Below are positions 13,512-24,624 of a stretch of DNA of 64,000 bases, in pieces. This stretch comes from Balanoglossus misakiensis (lineage: Eukaryota > Animalia > Hemichordata): the NCBI GenBank assembly GCA_040954595.2, contig CM082598.2, positions 4,221,837 through 4,285,836 of the forward strand, read 5' to 3'. Below the pieces are notes generated by a model. That model saw only the letters and a list, made by a program, of their open reading frames with translations, made no database searches and had not been told where the DNA came from. Position numbers and translations under genes: made by a program. Each line of letters starts with the position of its first letter. Within the stretch, counting starts at the first letter, position 1.

Positions 13512-16500
13512 TCATATGCCTTGAATACCATTGCAGAGATCATTGGCTGTGCAATGGCCACCACCAGACAAGTGATCAGGCAGCCAAACAAAGGAACGCA
13601 CTTCCGTTTCATCAGATGGAGCACAGTGGGGAATGGCTGTGAAGAGATGAAAACACAAAGTCAGTTACAACCTCACTATTCTGCTAGCTGACTTCATTGA
13701 TATACCGGTAACGAGGGTAAACTCAGGTAAAATAACTGGGGAACCCCGGTAACATTTACCTGGTTACGGCCCTTAACAAAAACACTGCATTATGAACCCA
13801 TTGTGAAACTCACACTCAGACTATGTTGACTGTATACCAGAAGTGTGGAAGGTGCGGTATTTTAAAACGTCGCTACCCAAACACTACTCTATGTTTAGGT
13901 TTTCTGACAACTGCATTAAAACACTAGCAAACCTGCATTAAAACACTAGCAAACTCAATCAGTACAGACCGGCACATTACAGTACAGAAAACCAACAAAG
14001 CACAGTCTGTTCTGGAAAGTCAACAAACAAGGTGCTCAGTTCACCTTGAAACTATCCACAAGTATACATACTCCTGTAAGGGTTTTCTTTTAGTCCCTAA
14101 TGATTTCGATCCAGGGCTTGCAAAGAGTATACCACAACAGGAGACATGTTCAAACTGTGTGTTCCATACAAATACACAATAATGCAAACTCACCACACTC
14201 TTTCAAACAGGAGACAACTTCCTCCATCATGACAGAGTTCTTCTTCGACACCTCCTTGTGATCAACCATTGGTGGGGGATAATCCTTTCCGATGATGCAG
14301 TTGGCTTTTTTCTGAACGGACTTTGGTGCCTTCCAGGGCTCATACAAGTATCGCAACGGCATATCTTTCAGGACTGGCAAGTAACGTCTGCGGGGAGATA
14401 AAAGAAATCAACATGATTGGACACCTATACACAGAACCAAAACAAGTAATAAGAATGTGCTATATGTTGTAATTTTTGCAATAGAGTCAGTGAAGTTTGC
14501 ATAATTTTATGGTTACATTAACAGGTCTATGAAATATACTGATGGACACGAATGTAAACAGCCTGCAATTTCCAATGGTGAAAACCACAGATGTGTTTAC
14601 AGGTCTGGACCCTGCCTAGTTGGACACAACAGTAGAGGCAAAAAATAACTGCTACAATGTACATCATTGCAAACAATGTAGTTGTTACTTTGTATTACAC
14701 TGTAGTGTAACTGCTACATTGTACATCATTGCAAACAATGTAGTTGTTACTTTGTATTACACTGTAGTGTAACTGCTACAATGTACATCATTGCAAACAA
14801 TGTAGTTGTTACTTTGTATTACACTGTAGTGTAACTGCTACAATGTACATCATTCCAAACAATGTGGTAGTTACTTTGTATTACACTGTAGTGTAACTGC
14901 TACAATGTACATCATTGCAAACAATGTGGTTGTTACTTTGTATTACACTGTAGTGTAACTGCTACAATGTACATCATTGCAAACAATGTAGTTGTTACTT
15001 TGTATTACACTGTAGTGTAACTGCTACAATGTACAGGGTTTTTCTGAACAGTAGGAGCAATGTTGATGGTGTGCTTAAACAGAAAAGTCACACTTATGCA
15101 GTTCAGATGACTCTTCCCTCTGTAAGATGTGTATGTACAAAATTAAACTCTTTTTCAGCCTACTTTACAAATTCACCAGATGGGTCCATGCGGTGACCAT
15201 ATCGAACCGGACAGAAACATTTAGGGCACTGCAGAGCACGTTCAAATGCTGAACTAGAAACCCACATCCAATTCCCAGCACAAATGCTCCAATCAGCATC
15301 CAGCAAATATTGCAAAAACACCTGTTGTGTAAAAAGAAATAAATGACAAAAGGTTAATTATTATTTGGCAAAACATGCCTAAAGTATTTTTTCTTCAAAT
15401 AATATGAGGAAAAAAGCAGGTGCATCAAACCCTATAAACATGTCATATACTGGTCAACTTTCCAATCAAGAAACCTTTAATATTGATGCAGATAGTTTTG
15501 AACAAAGATCGATCAATTATTGACAGAGCTAAAGATTTGAATCTGTTGCCTGTGAGTGCTATCTCATCTGCAACTTTGTAAGGCTGTATCCTCACTCCAT
15601 CTAACGCCAGACGTACCTGCAAACCCTCCTCCCAACTGATCCACAAGTCCCCACGAGTCAGAAAGCAAGACACTGCATGTCTGCCAACATGATGAATCCA
15701 GCCTTCGCGTTTCAGTTGCACCATACAAGCATCAATCCAGGGGTATCCAGTTTTACCCTAGTATGACAAAACATTAGTGTTTAGAGACATGAACAGCAGT
15801 TAACACATGAAAAGAAATTTACTCATTACAACAGACATTTCCAGACATTTTCCAGTGATACATTCTAGTCGTGTGCATTTTATCAGGAGACTTTATGCAC
15901 CATTTGTGCACGATTTCCCGAAACATTTTCACAAGTATCAACACTTAATATATATTTCGCATCGTTTAAGGCTGAAAGAGTTTGATAGAAAGTTTCAAGT
16001 ATTTTTTTTTCTTCCAAGATTTTCATTTACTTACAATTCCAGGACTTTACTTAAAATGTATGGACACGTAGTTTATATAGCGAATACACTAAGACACACA
16101 CAATCTTTATAAGGTAATCTTCAGATAAAACGAGTACCTCAGTCCATTTCGTCAAGTGTGATTCATTCTTGTACCAGGGGATGTTGAGACATATAGGATT
16201 CTCTGTCATCTGATCAAATTTGTCATTTCCAACAGACATGGTGTAGAAGTATTCACGCCATAGCAACTGAGCATACAGCTGATAGCTTGGTTCATCCTCA
16301 CGCACCTTGACAACAGATAAAGCATGAATTTAATTTTCTACAATACACAACTTAGATGTCTCAATCGCGATGCAATGCCGTGAACCCTGTCCATTAACTC
16401 TTCCACCCCCATGTCCCTCTATAGAGGTCCGACCTTGCCATAGAAAACAATGGGTTTGGACTGAACCATGGTGGTGAAAGGGTTAAGCACCTTCAGAAAC

Positions 16501-19500
16501 AGCTAAATTGTCCATAATAGAGAGAGACACATCCTCAAAGCACCATCAGCTATATCTTTTCTCTGCATGTTTAGTATTTTTGTTTCCTGTATCTACTGCA
16601 GTTTCTTGTTTAAATCCCTGAAACATGATGAAATGCCCGGTATCCAACTTGTTAGCACAACATATATGTATATACTCATAGTCAGTATTGTGCAAAATTT
16701 GAATTTAAGTCTAGAATTCATTTGTAAACAATAATCCTTTTTGTTGATAAACACATTCAAATTCTGACTTGAATGCAAATTTCTTACCTGGTTGAACACT
16801 TCAATGATCTTCCAGTAAAAACTTCGAACAGAGATGCAACCAAATCGGAGATAAGGGCTTAAACTTCTAGGTGGTCCGAGCAGATCAGGTTTGTATTGGT
16901 TGGGTAAATAGTGTCCCGCTTTAAACGCCTGCAATTGATTAAACAGGAAGCAACTGTTAAAATCTGTAATGTTTTAATGATCCTGACTTTTTAAAGGGAC
17001 AAAGTCTTTCTCTCGCTGCCCTTTTTCTATTAATTATGTTTGATACAAGACAGCGTTTATGTTAATGTACATGTGTATACCGGTATGTAGTGAATGAACG
17101 TTCAACCACACTCAACTTCCATCCCGCTTGTAGGATATGAGAGTAAAAACTCGCCCCAAATGAATAAATGGTGGAGACTGATTATTCATTTTGGCGAGTT
17201 TTTCAATCATGTCTACAAGCGGGATGGAAGGTGTGTGTGGTTGAACGTTGAATCACTATATATCCACATGTACATTAACATAAACGGTGTCTTGTATAAA
17301 ACATAATTATAAATGGAAAACGGGCAGCTAGAGAGACTTTGTTCCTTTAAAGCTTGATTAGCTGCATCTGTTCGCCATGTTTTAAGCATTTCTGTTTTGT
17401 GTATCTCCTGCAGTTTGTTGTTCAAATTCCTGAAAAATGATGAAATGTCCAGCATTTAGCTTCTCAACGTAACATATATATGTTATTGAGCCATATTTGG
17501 ATGCAAGTCCAGACTAAAATACCTACCTCTTCTTCTACCTTAATTCTAGATTCAAACAATTCTAATCCCCGGATTTCTCCTCCAGTCCACTTGTTGATCT
17601 TCTCTTCCTCACTGTCTTCTTCTTTAGCTGTCATCGACGAAAAAATAATTCCTTCAATCTCTCGGGAAACATCCATGTACAAGGCAGACATTTCAAGAAT
17701 ACTTATCTTCATAGCACAGATTTGAATCCACTTACGAGAAATATTTCACTAAATTTATTTGCATAATATGCAATGTTTCGTGATCAAGGCGCTTTACAAC
17801 AAATATGCATACTGTAAAACACTTTATTTTCGCGAGTTAAAATTTTCGCGATATCGAGAGAGGCCACTGTTTCGCGAGTATTAATTTTCGCGTTCTCTTA
17901 TTTCATTCACTGCATCGTTATCTTCAAAAACAATTTACGCGACTTTTGATTGTCACGCTATTTTGGCTCTCGCGTATTTCGCGAAAATTAATTGCTCGCG
18001 AAAATAAAGTGTTTTACAGTATGCATACTTTTTGCGTAAACGTGACCTCTGACTATTGTTTCCCCTTACCTAACTTTTCAATTGGAGGCAGAGCAAATTG
18101 TCCAAATTTTTCGGGTACAGGCAACTTTACATTGGAGAAGTCCGGATCTTTCACTGGTTTATCCGGCAATCCAAGTCCCTCGGCGATTTGTCGAAAAATC
18201 GCGTAGGTCACGGGAGGAGTTCCACCATTTTCATTTATGATACTGAATAAATAAAAAAAGTAAACAAGTAAATAAATGTTTGCAAGCAAGCAGCAGTGGG
18301 CAATTAGTCCACAAGAGAGTAATTCCAGTTTGATACTGTGTAACTTACGAAATATGAATATGTTTTTTTTGAAAATGAGCAATGACAATTTATTCAAGTT
18401 ACACCTCAAACACAACTAATTATATACCCCAATAAAGATAAAAATCATATCTTCAAAACGACCATGGGCGAAAATTTGAAACCACAGTCCAAACCAAACC
18501 CTGTCTAATCTGGAAACCTGTCTATACTGAACACATTTTTCTGTCCCTTTGACATATTGTCACATGTTTAAAGAACCAGTATAAACTAGACACCTCTGCA
18601 AACAGAACAGTTTCTTTTGGCCTTTTGGTGTTCTGTTAAGACAGGTTTTACCGCACCTAATATAATTATATATATAAGAACTTACTCCTTTGGGTTCCAT
18701 AAAGTGTGTGATATTTTTTCGATCCACTCCACACCAGAATCGTCACACAGCTTCTTGACTGCATTGTCACGTGGTTGCCAAATGGGTTCTGGGTCTTGTT
18801 CGAAAGTCAATCGCTTCACACCCCATTCCTGTTTAATTAATGAAATTAAAGACAGATGCTTCATTAGTCTTCACAAACGAGTTAATTGTACACTCCAAGA
18901 AAGATAAAAAATCAACTCCTCTAACAATGTCATGAGTACATGAGTCTGTTACATTAAGCCAGGGAGGTCTTATAGGTTGTGTTATATGTTACCTAGCTAA
19001 TTGCTGGACATTTCATCATGTTTCAGGAATTTGAACAAGAAACTGCAGTAGATACACAACAAACATACTGAAAACATAGTGAAAAGTTACAGCTTTAAAG
19101 GGACAAAGTCTCTCTCTCGCTGCCCCTTTTCCATTAATTATGTTTGATACAAGACACCGTTTATATTAATGTACATGTGGATATATAGTGAATCAACATT
19201 CGACCACACACAACTTCCATCCCACTTGTAGACACGAGAAAAAACTCGCCAAAATGAATAATCGGTCTCTACCATTTATTCATTTCGGCAAGATTTTTAC
19301 TCTCATACCCAGATTAACATAAACAGTGTCTTGTATCAAACATCATTAATGGAAAAGGGGCAGCGAGAGAGAGAGAAACTTTGTCCCCTTAACATCTGCA
19401 TTAATGTGGTGTATTATATTATGCAAATGAACTTTGGGACCACCCACCTGGAATATATTGGAGAAAATTTCACAGGGGTCTCCTTGAAAAACATACAATC

Positions 19501-19928
19501 GCCCTCCAACTTTCTTCAGTTGGTTATCCAGGTCTTGTAGGCATTCATGCAGAAATTTCATACGATTATAACCACATATCTTGGTACCTACAACCAAAAT
19601 TAATAATTAGTACTACCACACAAATAATTCAAAGTGCTTAGCAATGGTTGCTAAGGACACATGTTTCTCTATGGCAACAGTGACCATCTGCATGAATTTA
19701 GCAAATGGTGTCTTAAAGAGATAGAGGTACTATAAATAAGAAAGAGAATGAGCAAACCATGAAATATGATTTTAATCAGATTGATAATACCACTGTTCCA
19801 TTACCTGCAACTTCACCATCAAAAATAAACACTGGATAAAATTCTTCAGCATCTTCTAAAGCTGTCATTAACCCAGGATTGTCATGGAGACGTAGACCGT
19901 GGCGAAACCAGTGTACAGCTACAGCCAT
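13512..19928 (-). CDS. cry1: Cryptochrome, type 1 (Drosophila-like, light-sensitive); 11 coding exons, ~535 aa
   Basis: Exons 19805-19928, 19448-19587, 18686-18828, 18070-18242, 17527-17627, 16788-16928, 16138-16305, 15617-15757, 15164-15321, 14194-14387, 13512-13636; all GT-AG and phase-consistent (1608 nt). Motifs [64 protein letters not shown] and tail [18 protein letters not shown] (cf. dCRY PHCRPSNEEEVRQFFWL). Confidence 0.95.
14646..15120. repeat. 62-bp minisatellite (~6 units) within a MITE remnant in a cry intron
   Basis: Unit GTAACTGCTACAATGTACATCATTGCAAACAATGTAGTTGTTACTTTGTATTACACTGTAGT; flank 15035-15120 resembles the reverse complement of 54550-54630. Confidence 0.85.
16394..16486. 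mobile_element. Tiny TTAA-flanked MITE (piggyBac-like ends); similar element at 31013-31091
   Basis: TTAACTCTTCCACCCCCATG...CATGGTGGTGAAAGGGTTAA. Confidence 0.55.
16995..17346. mobile_element. MITE family A (palindromic, TTAA TSD, Kolobok-like AG..CT ends)
   Basis: TTAA-AGGGACAAAGTCT..TCTCGCTGCCC ... GGGCAGC..GAGAGACTTTGTTCCT-TTAA; other copies 19099-19388, 24770-24948, 26606-26843, 32783-33088, 47340-47549, 57027-57370. Confidence 0.85.
17812..18019. mobile_element. MITE with ~27-bp TIRs and TA TSD
   Basis: TA-CTGTAAAACACTTTATTTTCGCGAG ... CTCGCGAAAATAAAGTGTTTTACAG-TA. Confidence 0.85.
19099..19388. mobile_element. MITE family A copy with internal deletion
   Basis: Both termini present with TTAA flanks. 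Confidence 0.8.
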
Positions 19929-20041
19929 TGTTACTAGAAACGATAATAAAGACAATTTAACTTCCAAAGGCAAAGTTTTACGTGTATATATGCCTTTAAC
20001 CTGGGTACCAGTCAATGACAGATAGATTTGCTTTCACTAAC

Positions 20042-20078
20042 TACCACCACCACCACTACCATCACCACCATCATCATC

Positions 20079-20110
<32 letters not shown>

Positions 20111-20125
20111 CATCGTCGTCGTCGT
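20042..20125. repeat. (CAC)/(CAT)/(CGT) trinucleotide microsatellite in the cry 5' intron
   Basis: Direct inspection. Confidence 0.85.
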
Positions 20126-20493
20126 CAACTTACCTAAGAAACTTGGCGACAGGCTACGTACAAACAACAGGCAGTGGTAACTGACAACACCAGGACTGGA
20201 TCGTAAATAAAGTGACGAGCGATTCTACTCAACCGTGTGGTACCTGTAGGTAGCATATAATAGGCTAAGTTGCTAGCTAGCTCTGCGTACAGGTGTGTGT
20301 GTGTACGCGGCGTTACACGGCCTCCACGAACGCCGCGTACACACGCAGACCTGTACGCGGGGCTAGGCGTGAGATGCAGTGAAAACTTGAGAATATTATC
20401 CTTCTCAAACGTGTACCTACCTACCTCTCGTCTCTTGAACGAATGAGGCTCCCAGCTGCGATGCACGAGTCTTTAGAATCATAACACAGCCTC

Positions 20494-20532
20494 CCGGAAG
20501 TAGCCGCACGTCACGTGACCTGTTACGTAACA
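20494..20532. promoter_or_regulatory. cry proximal promoter module: ETS site, palindromic E-box and palindromic D-box
   Basis: CCGGAAGT 20494-20501; GTCACGTGAC 20510-20519; TGTTACGTAACA 20521-20532; just upstream of a probable non-coding first exon with a donor near 20415-20424. Confidence 0.7.
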
Positions 20533-22224
20533 ACCAAAATGTCGATTTCACTGGTGGGCGTAACTTGATTAGCGATGCACGTACATGTATGTAGAAAGAC
20601 CAAAGGATTTTCGCTTATTTGCTGGTTTTACACATATGGAATAAATACGAGCATAGCTAAAAGCTAAAAGGTAATATATTTGCCTGCATAAAAATACAAA
20701 GAATAAAGTTTAAAATGCAAGACCGGCAATGACAGTAATACCATGACAATTAACTGATTGATTAGGCCTAATTGATTAACAGTTAGTCAGTCAGTCAGTT
20801 AATGGTTAGTTAGTTTTTTAAATAAATAAGGACAAACGTTCAGGATGTATTTTTTTTTTACAAATTACGCCCACGTGGCCGAAACACCGTCCTCAGTTGC
20901 AATTTTTTTCCTGCGCTGTTTGTACTGTAGTCGTAGAAATGAGAAAATCGAAACATCTAAATTCTAGTGGAAATAAGCGTGGAAGCTAAAGGAATCGCGT
21001 AGTGGTCCCCAAAGACCGGAGAAAACTAGACAAGACAAAATAAATACAACAAAATTAAACAAATAAAATAAAATAGCACAAACGAGAATATGGCGTAACA
21101 AAACTCAAGCCTTTTATTATTAATATTATACCAAACAGCAAATTTCTCATGGAAATTATTTTTTTGGTCCTTACTGGCGTTTGTTGTTTTAGATGATTGA
21201 ATTATTTCACTGATGACATGGCCAAACGATGTCGTGAGATACTCTAATTAGTACAGGCTTCGTGCCAAGCTTTTGCAAAGGAAAGCCTGCAAGTTAGAGC
21301 GTTGCCCGGTACCGGTAGAACCATACAGTGCAGTCTTTCGTGGCTATCTCCTTCTTGTGTGGTAAAAGTTGACGGCCTAATCAACTCAGGCTCATAGGGC
21401 CTAATAGTTTTTGCTTTCATAACAATTACGTATTCAAATTTAAATTTTCTCCATCGGCCATTTTGAGCTTCAAATTTGGGACAATTTACGTTGCCTTGAG
21501 CAAAATATTAAAGAAGTTTTTCAAAACTTTGATTTTCGAGGCGTAATCACAGACTGAGAAAATAGTGTTTCAACGAGGTACTGGAACTCAGACACGAAGT
21601 GTTGAAAGTTGTTCAACGACGAATTAATCCCCCCTCCCCCTTTACTACCGCGTTTTTGTCTAAGTTTTCTCCGAAACTCCCCACTCTAATATTTATACTC
21701 TCTTGTAGAAGTTAGACGATATTATCCGATAATGCCTATATTGCAAGTGTCGTCTGTTGATCACCTCTTCACACAAGTTTCATTCCAGTCAACAAAATCT
21801 CCCGTCTCTTCTTATTCTGCCTAACGCCACCCGAAACTCAAATTCCTGTTATACAATTTTTCATGGTATCCAAAAGTTTCACCTTGCTATGCATTTCGAT
21901 TGAACTGAAACACACAATGTGACGGTATATTTAAAGACTATTTTGTTTTTTCCACTGTGCCGGAGGATATCTCTGGGCTTCGTTTCAAGGAAATCTGTCA
22001 CGGAGCGAAGATGGACAAATGCGGAGATACACGCAAGAAGCAAGAGCTTCTTGCTTAGGAAATCTTTCATGGAGATCATTAGTGCTCGTTATCATTAGAA
22101 CACGTGATCTTCGTTGTCAGTGACGATTCCAAACAGATCTGATGACTTATTGATTGCATTTTTTCAACTGAAATCAACAAATACATTATATCAAAAAATT
22201 CCTTTTATCAAAAATTTCTCTTTA

Positions 22225-23696
22225 GGGAGCATTCGTTTTTTACAGGGAGGGGGGGGGCGGTGGAATTTGAGTCGCCGACTAAATGTAAAAGGCAGCCCCC
22301 CCTCGAAATTACTTTTCTAAAATGTGTCCCCCCCTAAATTCTTCAATTGTAAAATGTGACCCCCCCCCCCAAAAAAAAAGTTTATCCACCGGATTAAACT
22401 TAGGCTGCATTCACAAACACCTCTGGAGGGGGGGGGGCGGGAGAATTCAATTTTTTTACCGCTAATTTTCACATGCCCCCCGTACACAACCCGAAATATT
22501 TCAAATCCCCCCCCCTTCCGAACTGCCAAAATTTTGAAATCCCTCCCCCCCCCCATTTTCTTTCACAGAGCAAAACACATCACCTATCTATCTTGTAAAA
22601 AAGAAAAACAGCGCTCCCATGAAAAGCATTTGAAACTGATGTTTCCCCTCATCAGTGGGTATTAAAACTGAACATTGTTTTTATTTTTTAAGTGTTTGTA
22701 TTCTGTGTTGGGAGACATTGTAAACCGAGAATTGATGGGGGTGGGTTTGGGAAGGGGTGTCCCCCTCCCACGACAATTTTATAAAATACAGAACTCAAAG
22801 CTGCATTTTAATGAACCCGGCAAAAGCAAATTAACTCAACTACCGGTATGTTGGGGAGGACAAATTTAACCGTCGCCGCTCAAAGTTATCATGGGGTGGG
22901 GGCAAGTCCCCTGCCCTGGGACACTAGATAAACCAGTCAATGTTTGAAAGGTGTTGATGGATGGAGGGGGTGGGTGTGGGAGAGGGTGTCCCCCTCCCAC
23001 ATTAGAAAATTTTGTAAAATAAAGGGTGCGAAACTGCATTTTGTGGACTCAAAATAAATATTTAGTCGTCAAAGTTTTCAAGTCCCCCCCTTTCAGTCCC
23101 TAAATTATTTCAAATCCCCCCCCCCCTTACATACCCTCAATTTTTTCAAATCCCCCCCTCAATTCTCCCGCCCCCCCCCCCCTCCAGAGGTGTTTATGAA
23201 TGCAGCCTTATCAAACTTTGTCAGATATTGGTGTATGTTCGACATACCACATAATCAACCATGAAACCTAGTCTACATAGTTCCTTGATTTCCTAGTAGT
23301 GCATTGTCTGCCTGATCTTGTTACGTGAAAGAGTTCATTTTCAATGTCGCCGCTATCACTTTCTGAGTCACTTTCCTCTGAATCACCTAGTTCACCTATC
23401 ACTACATGTTCATCTTCTGGTTCACTGTCCTCGTCCAAGTCATCCTCTTCATCCTCCTGCTCATCCTCCTCTTTGTCCCTCTCATGGTTTACTCTGAGAT
23501 TTTCCAGAGTTGTTTGACACAGTTTCCGGCCAATGTGCGCTTCAACTATTTTCAGTTTGTCTGTTGTAAAAATTGTCCCCCCCCCCCAAACAATTGATTA
23601 TAAAATTTGTCCCCCCCCTAAAAACTGCTTTGTAAAAGTAACCCCCCCCCTGATTTCCACCGCCCCCCCCCCTCCCTGTAAAAAACGATTGCTCCC
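22225..23696. mobile_element. Non-autonomous PIF/Harbinger-like element (TTA TSD)
   Basis: TTA-GGGAGCATTCGTTTTTTACAGGGAGGGGGGGGGCGGTGGAAT ... ATTTCCACCGCCCCCCCCCTCCCTGTAAAAAACGATTGCTCCC-TTA. Confidence 0.85.
22403..23207. mobile_element. Second PIF/Harbinger-like MITE nested in the first (TTA TSD)
   Basis: TTA-GGCTGCATTCACAAACACCTCTGGAGGGGG ... CCCCCTCCAGAGGTGTTTATGAATGCAGCC-TTA. Confidence 0.85.
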
Positions 23697-24624
23697 TTAT
23701 ACATACATATCCCTTTTATTTTATAAACACAATGAAAAGTGGTGTAAAAGCAATATAATGAAACGTGATGGAAAGTTAATATTCGTGCATGGATAATAAC
23801 GGAAGGCATGTGTACATTAGAGGTGATTGTATCTTCTATCGGGGAGGGCTGTTAAAGTGAATTGATGACGCCCTGACAAACTAATGAAATAATCTTTCCC
23901 ACCAACATACTTCCAAAAGAAGTAATTCGCTACAAAAATTGAAAGGTATGAAAACACTTCTTTTGAGAAATATGAAAAGATCTTAAATGAGCGAAATCTG
24001 CAATAAACGAGAGTTTATTTCTGTCAAATTATATTGCTATATTATGTGAATGATATCACATGTCAGTGTTTTTAAAAACAAATGATTTGGCTAAAAGACT
24101 TAAATCGGACAAGTCTACCAGAACAAGAACTCATTTGTAAAAATCCTCATCTGATGAAAATTGCAAGAACATAGATTCCCACAACATTATAAAATTCTCT
24201 GCATAAAAGTTATACTCGCATGAAAATTTGAAACCAGTCATGCATAAATAATTAGTAAATGTCGTTATGTTCATGGGATCAAAGCTCCAGTAGCTGCGCC
24301 TATTAGCATATTTTTAATTAATGAAATATTTTAATCTTCTCAGTATCATAAGTCGACACCATATTTAATTTTTGGAGATTCTCACATGATAGTCGTGTAC
24401 TCTTGCATTGTGCGGATGAATAAACGGGTGTGGCACCTTGTTATTATTTTTCTTGTACATATTAATATCTACAGCCACAATCATAACATGGTAGAGTATA
24501 CCTATCAATGAGCCTATATAAAAGGACCATTCTAATTTTGAAAATAAAATCATGAAATTAATGCAAAAAAAAAATGGCAGCTATTGAGGCTTTAAAGTGT
24601 ATTTCCTGTTTAATTTTTCCCTGT

